From the NCBI GenBank assembly GCA_963695545.1, contig OY968796.1, positions 2,368,001 to 2,432,000 of the forward strand: a stretch of 64,000 nucleotides of DNA. The letters run 5' to 3'. The notes under the pieces are model-generated. The model did no database searches. It was not told where the DNA came from and was given only the letters and a program-made list of their open reading frames with translations. A program made the translations under genes and the position numbers. Shown in pieces: positions 51,544-61,039 of this stretch. Source of the DNA: Terriglobia bacterium (GTDB lineage: Bacteria > Acidobacteriota > Terriglobia > Acidiferrales > UBA7541). Positions within the stretch are counted from its first letter, which is position 1; each line of letters opens with the position of its first letter.

Positions 51544-52877
51544 CTGCCTTCTGAGGCCTCAAGCCACGCTTGTATGGCGGTGAAAATGTCCAAGCGTCCA
51601 TTGTTCAGGTTTGGCGTCAGCCGCACGCCGTGGGAAATAGCGGATGCCGCCTGTGATTGATTTACGGGAGCGCGCGCGTCGATCAGAAGCGCCGCCGAGC
51701 CGGTCACGAGCGGGCAGCTAAACGACGTACCGGACCCGCTGGCATACGTGCCGCCGGGATACGTGCTGACGATGTTTTCTCCCGGTGCGCCGATCCAGAC
51801 GTCGGGCGTGCCGTAGTTCGAGAAAGTTGAGATCGTGTCGGAGTCAGAGGTCGATGCGATGCCCATCACGGAATTCGTAAGCGCCGCCGGGTAGGCTGCG
51901 GCGTTTGTGGTGCTATTGCCGGCCGCGGCCACCAGCACGACGCCCGATTGCGTGGCATAGGAGACTGCCGAAGACAGCGCTTGAGAAGGAGTCGTGAAGT
52001 CGAAGCTCATGTTCACGGCGTTGGCGTTGTTCTGCACCGCGTAGTACAGCGCCGCGACGATGTTGGAAAGGTAGCCTTCGCCGTTCGCCGAGAACGCCTT
52101 GAGCGGCAGAATCTTGGCCGTTGGCGCGACCAGGTGAATCAATCCGGCTGTCATGGTGCCGTGGCCGAAATCAGAGTAGGGGCCTCCGTCGAGTACGGCG
52201 ACGGTCCGCTGATCCAGCACGGCGACGGTTCGCTGTTGCACAACGGCGGGCTGCTCCTGCTGTGAGCCGCTATCGCTGCTGGTGTCTTGCAGCGCAGGAA
52301 CATCGAGCCATTCGGATGCGCCGGGTTGGTTTCGCGTGAAATCGTATCCGGGCAGCAGCACGCGGTAAAGCGCCGGATGGTATGGATCGACGCCGGTGTC
52401 AATGTCCGCGACAATTACGCCGGTCCCGGAGACGTTGAATGCTTGTTGCGAATTCTGCAGCTGAATGATTTCCGTCGCGGGCTGATCCACGTAGCCTTCG
52501 GTAACCGTGCTTCCATAATAGTTGACCGGAACCGAATCGTAGAGACCCGAGGTATTGGTCGGCACCGGACCGACCGGCAATGGCAAGAGCTGATCAACCT
52601 CGACGCTCGTGATTCCCAGTAGGCGTTCCAACAGATTGAGCACGCCGCCGACGAGGTTGGCCAATAGATTTTTATTCGAGGTCACCAGAAATGTTTTGCC
52701 GATCGCGCCGTCGAGCGAACCCTGCACCTGACACCCGGCGGAAAGACAGAGGTTTAGGACTGAATCAAGGCCCTTCGTCGTCTGCACGATATACCGCTGT
52801 TGGGCCGACGCCGGTATTGCTCCGAGCAAAGAAAAAAAGACGACCAATATGATTAAGCGGCGCTTCAGTGTGGACAT
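51540..52877 (-). CDS. Secreted S8 (subtilisin-like) serine peptidase
   Basis: Signal peptide MSTLKRRLIIL...ASA; catalytic DIDTG, GHGT, GTSFS and oxyanion AAAGN. Confidence 0.93.
   Translation of the reverse strand: MSTLKRRLIILVVFFSLLGAIPASAQQRYIVQTTKGLDSVLNLCLSAGCQVQGSLDGAIGKTFLVTSNKNLLANLVGGVLNLLERLLGITSVEVDQLLPLPVGPVPTNTSGLYDSVPVNYYGSTVTEGYVDQPATEIIQLQNSQQAFNVSGTGVIVADIDTGVDPYHPALYRVLLPGYDFTRNQPGASEWLDVPALQDTSSDSGSQQEQPAVVQQRTVAVLDQRTVAVLDGGPYSDFGHGTMTAGLIHLVAPTAKILPLKAFSANGEGYLSNIVAALYYAVQNNANAVNMSFDFTTPSQALSSAVSYATQSGVVLVAAAGNSTTNAAAYPAALTNSVMGIASTSDSDTISTFSNYGTPDVWIGAPGENIVSTYPGGTYASGSGTSFSCPLVTGSAALLIDARAPVNQSQAASAISHGVRLTPNLNNGRLDIFTAIQAWLEASEGR
52188..52235 (-). repeat. In-frame 24-bp tandem duplication encoding QRTVAVLD x2
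   Basis: CAG CGA ACC GTC GCC GTG CTG GAT / CAG CGG ACC GTC GCC GTA CTC GAC. Confidence 0.95.
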
Positions 52878-53024
52878 CACCGTTTCTCTTTTCTCCCTCA
52901 GTGGCCGACTGCCGGTCTCTTGCCGAGAGCCACCGAGCGAAGTGACAGTTTCGCGTACCCTCGCTCGGGCCAACAATGGTACAAGGCTCCCATCTGCGGA
53001 TGTTGCGGTTCTAGTACCTTTTTC

Positions 53025-53663
53025 CTACCGTTTCGTTGTTGCTCCATCCAGTGGCACCAGTATCCTGGTGTCCTCACCCACGTGGACGGAGAGGAGTATT
53101 CCTGCCTTAAATTCAAGTTCTAGCTGGAATTCGCCGAATCCGTTGGTCTCCACCTCGTGTCTCGACTCGTGTTGATCCTTGTCGTGTCCGGAAACTACAA
53201 ATACGCGGGCGCCTGCTACCGCCTTGGCGTGCTTGGATGAATCGAGCACCTGGCCGGCCACCCAGACGCGGCTCGAGCCCGGTATCGCCTCGATTCTGAA
53301 ATCAACAAATATCCGCCCCGAACGATAAAGGATCACTCGCGGCGAGTGGCTCGCTGAACGGAAGCCCATCGCGGTGGACCCGGCGAAACTGTCTAGAACG
53401 AGCTCCGCCATCACGGTGAGCGGCGAGCGAATCGTCGGCAATCCGCCGAGCGCGCCGACTCCTTTCACCGTACGCACTAGATCCTCCGGAGCCTGATGCT
53501 CCGCGGCTTGCGACGCCGTACGTGCCGTGCGAGTCCAGAAATCCAGTGTGACCCTGCATTCCTTACAACCTGACGCGAGGTGTCGTTCCGCAGCTTCCCG
53601 CTCTTCCTGACTGCTGCTTCCGCGCACATAGTCGATCCATTGCTCAGCCGCAAAATGCTTCAC
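53025..53663 (-). CDS. Putative soluble zinc-binding (zf-HC2-like) anti-sigma factor with C-terminal beta-sandwich domain
   Basis: HLASGCKEC (HxxxxCxxC); no evident TM helix; C-terminal GQVL...TNGFGEF carboxypeptidase-regulatory-like pattern. Confidence 0.7.
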   Translation of the reverse strand: MKHFAAEQWIDYVRGSSSQEEREAAERHLASGCKECRVTLDFWTRTARTASQAAEHQAPEDLVRTVKGVGALGGLPTIRSPLTVMAELVLDSFAGSTAMGFRSASHSPRVILYRSGRIFVDFRIEAIPGSSRVWVAGQVLDSSKHAKAVAGARVFVVSGHDKDQHESRHEVETNGFGEFQLELEFKAGILLSVHVGEDTRILVPLDGATTKR

Positions 53664-53784
53664 AGTTCTCGTCCTCCGCCCGGGGGGCCTAAATGAAGTG
53701 GGGCTGACGCTGCTGCCCCTACGCTAATAAGGGCGAGCAAGCGCCCGAAAAATATAGGCCGCTCAGAAATAGTAAGGCTTTTGT

Positions 53785-56649
53785 TTACAGTATCTTACCG
53801 ACAAGAATAAACGGGGCCCAAAAGCACGGGTGGGGATGATGCTCGCGAAGCTCGATCATGGCGTACTGTAAGGCCACGGGCTTGCTCTCGCCCGCGCGCA
53901 AACGTCCGTAGAAACTTTTCATGAAATCGGCCGCAGTTTGATCGTGAATATCCCACAGTGTCAGAAGCAGGGTCTGCGCGCCTGCGCAGAGCAGCCCGCG
54001 AACAAGGCCGAGCAATTCATCACCGGCGGCAACAGCGTTCAATCCCGTCGCGCAGCCACTGAGTGCCACGAGTTCCGCAGGAAGATGCAGTTGATAAAGG
54101 TCGTAGAGATTCAGTCGCGAGTCGCCTAGGCGAATCCCGGAAAACAGCGGACTGTCGTGGCGAAATTCGCCGTGTGTGGCGATGTGAATGTAGCGGCTGG
54201 AAAGTCCGCGCTCCTTCAGCACGGCCAGCGTCGCGGCCTGGCCGACAAAACATTCGACCGAAGGGAGCACGCCTGAAACTGCGCGGACTTCGTCGAGAAT
54301 CGCCGGGGCATTTTCATCGGGAACGCCGAGAACCAGGGATTTTGTCGCTGCGCATTGCGGCTTTCGTTGAGAGAGCGCAAATAAGCTCGCGCTCGGTGCG
54401 TACGATAACGTGAACGAATCCATCAGGTACGCTGTTCCGTCGTGCAGAGCGTGAAATGGAATGTAATGTAGCGGCCCGTGAGGAACGATGATCACGTGAG
54501 AGCCCTGTAGCTTGTCGCGGATCGGCGCGATCAGTTCGTCATGAAGCCGCCGCAGGTGCGAAAGCGTCGCTTCAAGAAGCGAACTCTCAAAACGATCGGC
54601 ATATTCCTTGCCCAACCGGAATTTTGAGATCTGAAACTGCAACATGCGCAGCAAGTGCACCACTCGCGCGCCGAGGGAGACGCCGACGATCTCGATCGCA
54701 TCTCCGTGCAGCATGCACGCGACGATTTGGTCGCCGATCATGAAGTATTCGAGCAGCGTAGCGTCCGGCGGCAAGGAAGCTCGAATTGTTTCCAACGTGA
54801 CGCCCTCGCCTGATTCGAGCGTGTTCTCCTCGCTGGCCTGCATCTCGCGAATCGCCGATAGAAATTCCTCTTCGCGCGATTTCGATTGTTCTTGAAGCTT
54901 CGCAATTCGATCCGGTGAGCTTTCTTCCGGACGCAGCTGCTCGATATCGATCCGGTGGTAATACCAATTCAATTCTTCGCGAAGTTCGCGAATTCTGCGC
55001 ACCAGATCGCTTTGCCCCGTGTTATTCCCGGCCAGAATCGGTCCGCGCTGCAGCATAAGATCGGTGAGGCTGCGCGACTTTGCCTCTTCGATGCAGGCGA
55101 AGGCTTCCTCGAATCGCAGAGGGTCGGAAGAACGTTCGAGGCAGATTTCCACCAGACCTTCGTACACTCCGAGTTTGTTCTTGAGAAAAGCGATCTTTAC
55201 TTCTTCTCCTCGCAGACCGCTGCGAAGCTTTTCGAGTGCGGCGCGCGCGTGCTGAAACGATTCGTAGGCCGCCTCGTTGTTTCCACCCGCGCGATGGATT
55301 TCTCCCATCAGCGACCAGGCCTGGAACGCAAGTGGCGCGGCATCGAGCGGCTGCAGCCGTTCGAGCGCGGATCGGCACTCGCCACCCGCGGCGCGCCAAT
55401 CTCCGCTCCGGAGCGAAATCCGGGCCAGTAGCAGATCACAAAGCACGGCCTTGCCGATCAAAGCCGATGTCGAGAAAAATGAAAGAGCCTTTTGGCAGAG
55501 CCGGCGCGCTTCAAATAACCGCCCTTGTTCGCAGAGCAGCAGAGCCTGGTACAAGTCGAGCAGCCAGGGCCATACTAGATTTTTCTCGGCCACAAACTCC
55601 TTTCGCGCCGCGGTGAACAGCTCGATCGCTCGAAAGGCCTGTCCTTGCTGCCCCAGCGCGATGGCTTCGTTCGCGAGGCATTTGGCCGCCTCGTAGCCGG
55701 TGCCAACCTCCAGAAATAGCCGATGCGCGTCGTGCGCCGTCTCGACGGCCTCGCTGCTGAGGTTCAATTCCAAGTAAATTTCCGATAGATCCATGTGGCA
55801 GAGCGCAAGCTGATAGGTGTCGCCGTTCTTGCGGCACGCTTCCCGCGCAAACAGCAGACCCTGGATCGCCCGGCTGTATTCGCCGCGCAGGTAATAGAGA
55901 TAGGCGATGTTGTAATCGGCCATAGCCGTGAGCAGCGGCATGCCGCGCTTTTCGCAGAATTCACGCGCGTTTTGATATGTTTCGAGCGCGCGCGGAAAAT
56001 CATTCAGCGCAATCAGGCAAACCGCCAGATTGCTCAACACCGCAGCGATGGCTTCGTGATCGTCCCCGTTGCGCAGAAATTCGTAGGCGCGTTCGTAGCA
56101 CGCCAGGCCTTCTTCTAGACGATCCTGGCGGTGAAAAATGTTCCCGACGTTTATTTCGAGGCGCGCAATGCGCCGCGCATCGCCCAGTGCCGTAAAAATA
56201 GATCGCGCGCGATCCGCTGCGGCCAAGGCTCGTTCGTATTCTCCGAGCAAAATCATCGGTTGCAGGGAGCCGCTCAGACTGATTCCGATCTCGCGTTGGT
56301 TTCCCGCCTTTTCGTAGCTTTGCAGCGCCTGCTCGTGCAGTTCGATGGCCTCGTGATTTTTCCCAAGCGTGAACACGGCGTTGGCCTTCGCGCGCAGGCT
56401 TCGTCCGAGTGATTCCGGATTGTCAAGTTCGCGGGCGATCATCACGGCCGCATCGGCCAGCACCAGCGCAAGGTCCGCATCGATGCGCACCTGCGCGTGC
56501 ACGGCTTCCGCGAGTTGCTCGACGACCTCCGCATTTAGCAACTGTTGATGGCTCGCGAGGAATTGTTTGCGCGCCGCCTCGCTCGGAAGCTCGCTTAATT
56601 CCCGCAGGAAAGTTTGGAGAGGAGCCGAAATGTCGTTGATCGCGATCAC
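53785..56649 (-). CDS. TPR-CHAT (caspase/HetF-like) protease
   Basis: Long TPR array, coiled segment, then CHAT domain with IVPHGPLHYIPFHAL, HIATHG (His) and LSGCATG (Cys), ending WAPFILVG. Confidence 0.93.
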   Translation of the reverse strand: MIAINDISAPLQTFLRELSELPSEAARKQFLASHQQLLNAEVVEQLAEAVHAQVRIDADLALVLADAAVMIARELDNPESLGRSLRAKANAVFTLGKNHEAIELHEQALQSYEKAGNQREIGISLSGSLQPMILLGEYERALAAADRARSIFTALGDARRIARLEINVGNIFHRQDRLEEGLACYERAYEFLRNGDDHEAIAAVLSNLAVCLIALNDFPRALETYQNAREFCEKRGMPLLTAMADYNIAYLYYLRGEYSRAIQGLLFAREACRKNGDTYQLALCHMDLSEIYLELNLSSEAVETAHDAHRLFLEVGTGYEAAKCLANEAIALGQQGQAFRAIELFTAARKEFVAEKNLVWPWLLDLYQALLLCEQGRLFEARRLCQKALSFFSTSALIGKAVLCDLLLARISLRSGDWRAAGGECRSALERLQPLDAAPLAFQAWSLMGEIHRAGGNNEAAYESFQHARAALEKLRSGLRGEEVKIAFLKNKLGVYEGLVEICLERSSDPLRFEEAFACIEEAKSRSLTDLMLQRGPILAGNNTGQSDLVRRIRELREELNWYYHRIDIEQLRPEESSPDRIAKLQEQSKSREEEFLSAIREMQASEENTLESGEGVTLETIRASLPPDATLLEYFMIGDQIVACMLHGDAIEIVGVSLGARVVHLLRMLQFQISKFRLGKEYADRFESSLLEATLSHLRRLHDELIAPIRDKLQGSHVIIVPHGPLHYIPFHALHDGTAYLMDSFTLSYAPSASLFALSQRKPQCAATKSLVLGVPDENAPAILDEVRAVSGVLPSVECFVGQAATLAVLKERGLSSRYIHIATHGEFRHDSPLFSGIRLGDSRLNLYDLYQLHLPAELVALSGCATGLNAVAAGDELLGLVRGLLCAGAQTLLLTLWDIHDQTAADFMKSFYGRLRAGESKPVALQYAMIELREHHPHPCFWAPFILVGKIL

Positions 56650-57242
56650 GCGTGTCCCTGTGATTCAAGTTCCTTTCGCAACCGCTTCAGGCAGCGCCCG
56701 CGTATGAATCCGATCGATCCAGTGGCAATTCCCAGGCGCGCCGCGACTTCCGCGTACGGAAGGGCCGGCTCGTGAAAGAAAAGCATCTCCACCAGGCGCG
56801 CGCACCGAGGAGGCAGACCGGCCACGGCGTCGCGAAGAATTTGTTCCTGCTCTGCTTCCCGCAGAATCTGTTCGGAATCAAGCGCCGGGTTTCCGCGCGC
56901 CGGCGGCTCTTCGCCCTCCACTAGGTGAATTGAGCGCGATTCCAGGCGCTTCCATTGAATGCATTTGTGCGCGGACACCTGCATCAGCCACTTGGGAAGA
57001 GCTTTTGGCTCGCGGAGCGACCCGAGTTCTGAAAGTAGTTCCACGCAAACCGATTGGAAAATATCCGCCGCCGCATCCGGCCCCAATTGAAATTTGATCG
57101 GGATGGAATAGATCAAATTCTTATACTTGTCGACGAGGGCTTCCCAGGCTTCCTGGTTTCCATCGAGACATTCTCGCACCAGCCGTGTATCCGTCCATGG
57201 CGCGGTGGAGGGCAGTGCAACGTCGGTGAGAGGTGCGGTCAT
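56646..57242 (-). CDS. ECF RNA polymerase sigma factor
   Basis: D..LVRECLDGNQEAWEALV region 2; LPPRC...Y.EVAARLGIATGSIGFIRGRCL region 4; ATG 57242 overlaps the SBP stop. Confidence 0.92.
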   Translation of the reverse strand: MTAPLTDVALPSTAPWTDTRLVRECLDGNQEAWEALVDKYKNLIYSIPIKFQLGPDAAADIFQSVCVELLSELGSLREPKALPKWLMQVSAHKCIQWKRLESRSIHLVEGEEPPARGNPALDSEQILREAEQEQILRDAVAGLPPRCARLVEMLFFHEPALPYAEVAARLGIATGSIGFIRGRCLKRLRKELESQGHA

Positions 57243-59047
57243 CGTGCCCCGCCGGCGGTGTCCTTGCGAACGAACAATTCTTCCGCGTTCCAATCCGCAT
57301 AAGGCGCAAGAATCGCGGGCTCGAAATTCCCAACGCTGTTTTTCGCCGCCAGCAATATGTTCGGACTCACCAGGAAGACAACGGGGACGTTTTGAGCGAC
57401 CAACTCCTGCACCTGATCGTAAATCTTCTTGCGCTCCGCGTACTGCGGCGAAACTTCCTGCTTGCGCATCAGTTCGTCCACTTCTGCTTCCCACGGCGTG
57501 GCCGGTTTGGTCTCCCCGAGATGCCACACGTGCGTACTGCCGTCCGACGTCCACACGTTCATTTCCGCGGTCGGGTCCGTGTCGCCGGTTCCGAGCGAGA
57601 GCAGGCACGCCTCGTAATTGAAAGTATTGAACACGCGATCCACCATGGACCGAAACTCCATCGAAACGACGTCGACATGCATCCCGAGCTGCGAAAGATC
57701 GTGCTGAATCATCGTGGCCATCTGCAGCCGTTGTGCGTTCGAGGAACTGGTGAGGATCGAGAATTCCACGGGCTGGCCGGTGCCGTCCTGAAGCGTTCCA
57801 TCGCTCTTCCAGGAAAATCCCGCTGCGGCCAGAAGTTGCCGCGCCTGTTCGAGGGATCGCGCAGGACGCGGCAGGTTTTGATCCATCCATCTCTTGTTTC
57901 CCGGCGTCACGTTGCCCCAGATCGGCGTGGCGCGCCTCTCGAAAACAAGCCGCACCATTGCGTCGCGGTCCACCGCGAGGGAAACGGCCTGCCGGAAGCG
58001 CACATCGCTGAACCAAATTTTCTTCCGAGCGATATCCGCAGGCTGATCGGAGGAAGGATCGTTCAAATTGAAAAATAGAAAGTTGTATTCGAGGCCGGGC
58101 CCAAGATCGTAAATCCTGTATCCGCCCGCATCCTTTTTTCCGTCCAGCAGACCGTAATTTTGCGCGCTGAATCGACTGAGCACATCGGTTTCGCCCGATT
58201 GGAATCGCAATACCTCCGCGTCCTCGCTGGCCACAAACAGATATGCGATCTCGTCGAGATACGGCAGGCGCTTGCCCTGGCCGTCTGTCTTCCAGTAGTA
58301 GGGATTGCGTTCCAACACAACACGTTGCCCCGGCACGTACTCCTTCAGTCGAAATGGGCCGAGCCCTGCAATTTGATTCGGAGCCACTGTCGTGCCCCAC
58401 GCGTCGCCCAACTTCCCCGCCAGGTACGCGCTCTCCAGCAGATGTTTCGGCAGGATCGCCACGCTATCGAACAGCCGTTCGGCCGCCGCATACGGCTCCG
58501 CCATCGAAAACTCCACTTGATCTTCCGCGAGCTTTCGCACCGCGATCGGTTTGTCGCCAACGATCAGCAGATCGCGCTGCGGAGAATCCACCTTCTCATC
58601 CAGATACACTTGAAAACTGAACACCACGTCATCCGCGGTAAATGGATATCCGTCGGAGAATTTCACGCCATGACGAAGTTGCAGCACGTATCGCCGGCCG
58701 TCCGGCGATACCTTCCACGATGTCGCCAGCGCAGGTTCTGTGCCTTGGGATAACCGGTTGATGTGGATCAGGTCCGCCATCATCAATCCCAGGATTTCTT
58801 TCGAAGACCCATCCACCGCGAGAACCGGATTGAATGTTTTCGGCTCGGACCGCAACGCAAAAACCAAGCGCCCTCCGAACGTGCCTTCCGGAGCCGTTGA
58901 GCGAACCAATTCTTCGGACGTTGCGGAGTCCTGCGGGGTCGGTGACGCGGCGCGCACACCCGCCAGTGCCAGCGCAGCTGCCACCAACAGGAACAGAGAT
59001 GTTCTCTTCCGGGTGGAAATGTTCTCCCTGCGCGGCGATTTATTCAC
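57239..59047 (-). CDS. Oligopeptide ABC transporter substrate-binding protein (family 5)
   Basis: EPKTFNP, PALATSW.VS.DG, FSDG.PFTADDVVFS, GLGPF, LERNPYYW; GTG start overlapping the permease stop. Confidence 0.92.
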   Translation of the reverse strand: MNKSPRRENISTRKRTSLFLLVAAALALAGVRAASPTPQDSATSEELVRSTAPEGTFGGRLVFALRSEPKTFNPVLAVDGSSKEILGLMMADLIHINRLSQGTEPALATSWKVSPDGRRYVLQLRHGVKFSDGYPFTADDVVFSFQVYLDEKVDSPQRDLLIVGDKPIAVRKLAEDQVEFSMAEPYAAAERLFDSVAILPKHLLESAYLAGKLGDAWGTTVAPNQIAGLGPFRLKEYVPGQRVVLERNPYYWKTDGQGKRLPYLDEIAYLFVASEDAEVLRFQSGETDVLSRFSAQNYGLLDGKKDAGGYRIYDLGPGLEYNFLFFNLNDPSSDQPADIARKKIWFSDVRFRQAVSLAVDRDAMVRLVFERRATPIWGNVTPGNKRWMDQNLPRPARSLEQARQLLAAAGFSWKSDGTLQDGTGQPVEFSILTSSSNAQRLQMATMIQHDLSQLGMHVDVVSMEFRSMVDRVFNTFNYEACLLSLGTGDTDPTAEMNVWTSDGSTHVWHLGETKPATPWEAEVDELMRKQEVSPQYAERKKIYDQVQELVAQNVPVVFLVSPNILLAAKNSVGNFEPAILAPYADWNAEELFVRKDTAGGAR

Positions 59048-60075
59048 GACACAACTCCACCGGCACGAGCCGCCAACACGCTCGACACGCTGTTGTATGC
59101 GAGAAATACCGGCACCAGCACGAGAGCCGGCAAATACATCCACCATTCCGTCTGCAGCACGCGCACCTGCTGCAGGCTTGCCAGCAGATTGCCCAAACTC
59201 GGAGCGGGCTCGCCCACGCCCAGCCCGAGGAACGAGAGAAACAGTTCGGCAAGAATGAACTGAGGAACCAACAACGCTGCTTGCGTCCAGATCACCGGCA
59301 TGGCTTGCGGCAAAACGTGTCGCCGGAGCAGATATGCGTCCGACGCTCCGAATCCGCGCGCCGCGCTCACAAAGTCGCGTTCCTTCGCCGCCAGCGTGAT
59401 TCCGCGCACCAGTCGCGCCGGCCGCGCCCATCCCACAATTCCGATAACCGTGATGATCAACAGGAAAGCCTGCGCCGGACTCACGTGCAGCGGCAGCGTC
59501 GCGCGTACGGCAAACAGCAAAAATAGCCACGGCACGGCCATAAATAATTCTGTCCAGCGCATGAGCAAGGAATCCACCAATCCGCCCGCGTAGCCTGCGA
59601 GTCCGCCGATCACTAAGCCGAGCAAGAGTGAAACCCCCGCAGCCAGTAGTCCTGCATATAGCGAGAGCTGCGCTCCGAACACCATCCGCGAGAAAAGATC
59701 TCTTCCGAACTCGTCTGTGCCGGCAAGGAAAATGTGCGCGGGCGCGCTCGCCCCGAACAAATGGCGATCCGCGGAAAATATTCCCAACACACGATACTCA
59801 GGTCCGCGTACAAACAATCGGATCGGATAGGTGGCGGTTTTCACTTCCTCATATTCGTCCGGATTCGTCGGCGATTCTTCGGCGGCGTAAACGAATGGCC
59901 ACGCATGCAGCTTGCCGCGCCCATCGACCAGATGAATCCGCGTCGGCGCGCTGGCGGCGAAATCACGGTCTTGCTCGGCCGGATCGTACGGCGCAAAAAA
60001 TCCGGGCACGAGCAACGCGGCATGAACTGCCGCGAGAAAGATTAGAGATGCCACGAAGATACGATTGCTCCGCAC
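59044..60075 (-). CDS. Oligopeptide ABC permease (OppC/DppC-like)
   Basis: GTDEFGRDLFSR, WARPARLVRG, FVSAARGFGAS, LSFLGLG. Confidence 0.93.
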   Translation of the reverse strand: MRSNRIFVASLIFLAAVHAALLVPGFFAPYDPAEQDRDFAASAPTRIHLVDGRGKLHAWPFVYAAEESPTNPDEYEEVKTATYPIRLFVRGPEYRVLGIFSADRHLFGASAPAHIFLAGTDEFGRDLFSRMVFGAQLSLYAGLLAAGVSLLLGLVIGGLAGYAGGLVDSLLMRWTELFMAVPWLFLLFAVRATLPLHVSPAQAFLLIITVIGIVGWARPARLVRGITLAAKERDFVSAARGFGASDAYLLRRHVLPQAMPVIWTQAALLVPQFILAELFLSFLGLGVGEPAPSLGNLLASLQQVRVLQTEWWMYLPALVLVPVFLAYNSVSSVLAARAGGVVS

Positions 60076-60076
60076 G

Positions 60077-61039
60077 CTACTCCGTCCGAATCCGCGGATC
60101 GCTCCAGCAAAGAAGCGCATCCGCAACGAGGTTTCCGGCCACGAGCAGCACCGACGAAAACATGATTCCGCCGACCACGACGTTGAGGTCCCGCGAAAAC
60201 GCCGCTTCAAGCAAGAGCGGCCCCAGACCCGGCCAGCTCAGAATCACTTCCACCAGCATGGAGGCGCTCAGCAGTGACGCCAGCGAAAATCCGAACAGCG
60301 TCAGCAACGGGTTCGCAGCCGCCGGCAATGCGTGGCGGAACAACAGCCGCCGGCGCGAAATCCCATGAGCCTTTGCGGCGCGGAAGTACGGCGCGTGGAG
60401 CACTTCGACGATCGCCGCGCGAACGTGGCGGAACAGCACGGGCAACATGATGATCACCAGCGCGATCGTTGGAATGAGCAGGTGCACCGCGAGGTCCTGA
60501 AACTTTTTAATGGGACTTAGATCCGCAAAGTCGAGAGAAACCATTCCCCCGGTCGGCAACAAGCCTGTTCGCGCGGCAAATAAAAGCAGCGCCAGTGCCA
60601 GCAAAATATCCGGCACAACGAGCATTCCCGAGGAACACAAGCTGAGCAAATGGTCTGTCCACTTTCCTTCATGTGTCGCGGCCCAGATTCCCAACGCCAA
60701 TGCCAAAAACCAACTGACCAGCGTGGCCGTTACCGTGAGCAACAAAGTGTTTCGCACTCGCACCAGCAACAGCGGCGCGACGGGTGCGTTGTATGCGAAC
60801 GATTTCCCCATATCGCCATGCGCCACGCCCGCCAGCCACTCCGCGTACCGCGCAGGCAACGATCGATTCAATCCGTATTGCGACCGCAGCGCGGCCACGG
60901 TCTCCGCGCGAACCTCGGGCTGCAGTTGCATTTCGGAAAAGAAATCCCCGGGCGCGAGCTGCATCAATGCGAAGGAGATGAACGACACACCGAGCAGCAG
61001 AAAAACGCCGTGAAGGAGGCGCCGAGTGAGATATCGCAT
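60077..61039 (-). CDS. Oligopeptide ABC permease (OppB/DppB-like)
   Basis: LAPGD, GDMGKS, AKAHG, VE.I.SWPGLG, DPRIR. Confidence 0.93.
   Translation of the reverse strand: MRYLTRRLLHGVFLLLGVSFISFALMQLAPGDFFSEMQLQPEVRAETVAALRSQYGLNRSLPARYAEWLAGVAHGDMGKSFAYNAPVAPLLLVRVRNTLLLTVTATLVSWFLALALGIWAATHEGKWTDHLLSLCSSGMLVVPDILLALALLLFAARTGLLPTGGMVSLDFADLSPIKKFQDLAVHLLIPTIALVIIMLPVLFRHVRAAIVEVLHAPYFRAAKAHGISRRRLLFRHALPAAANPLLTLFGFSLASLLSASMLVEVILSWPGLGPLLLEAAFSRDLNVVVGGIMFSSVLLVAGNLVADALLCWSDPRIRTE

Noticed and set aside
57243..58400. 584-aa extended sigma factor ORF, and the 763-aa extended SBP ORF
   Set aside because: The extensions overlap the upstream genes in another frame; coupled starts at 57242 and 59047 fit better.
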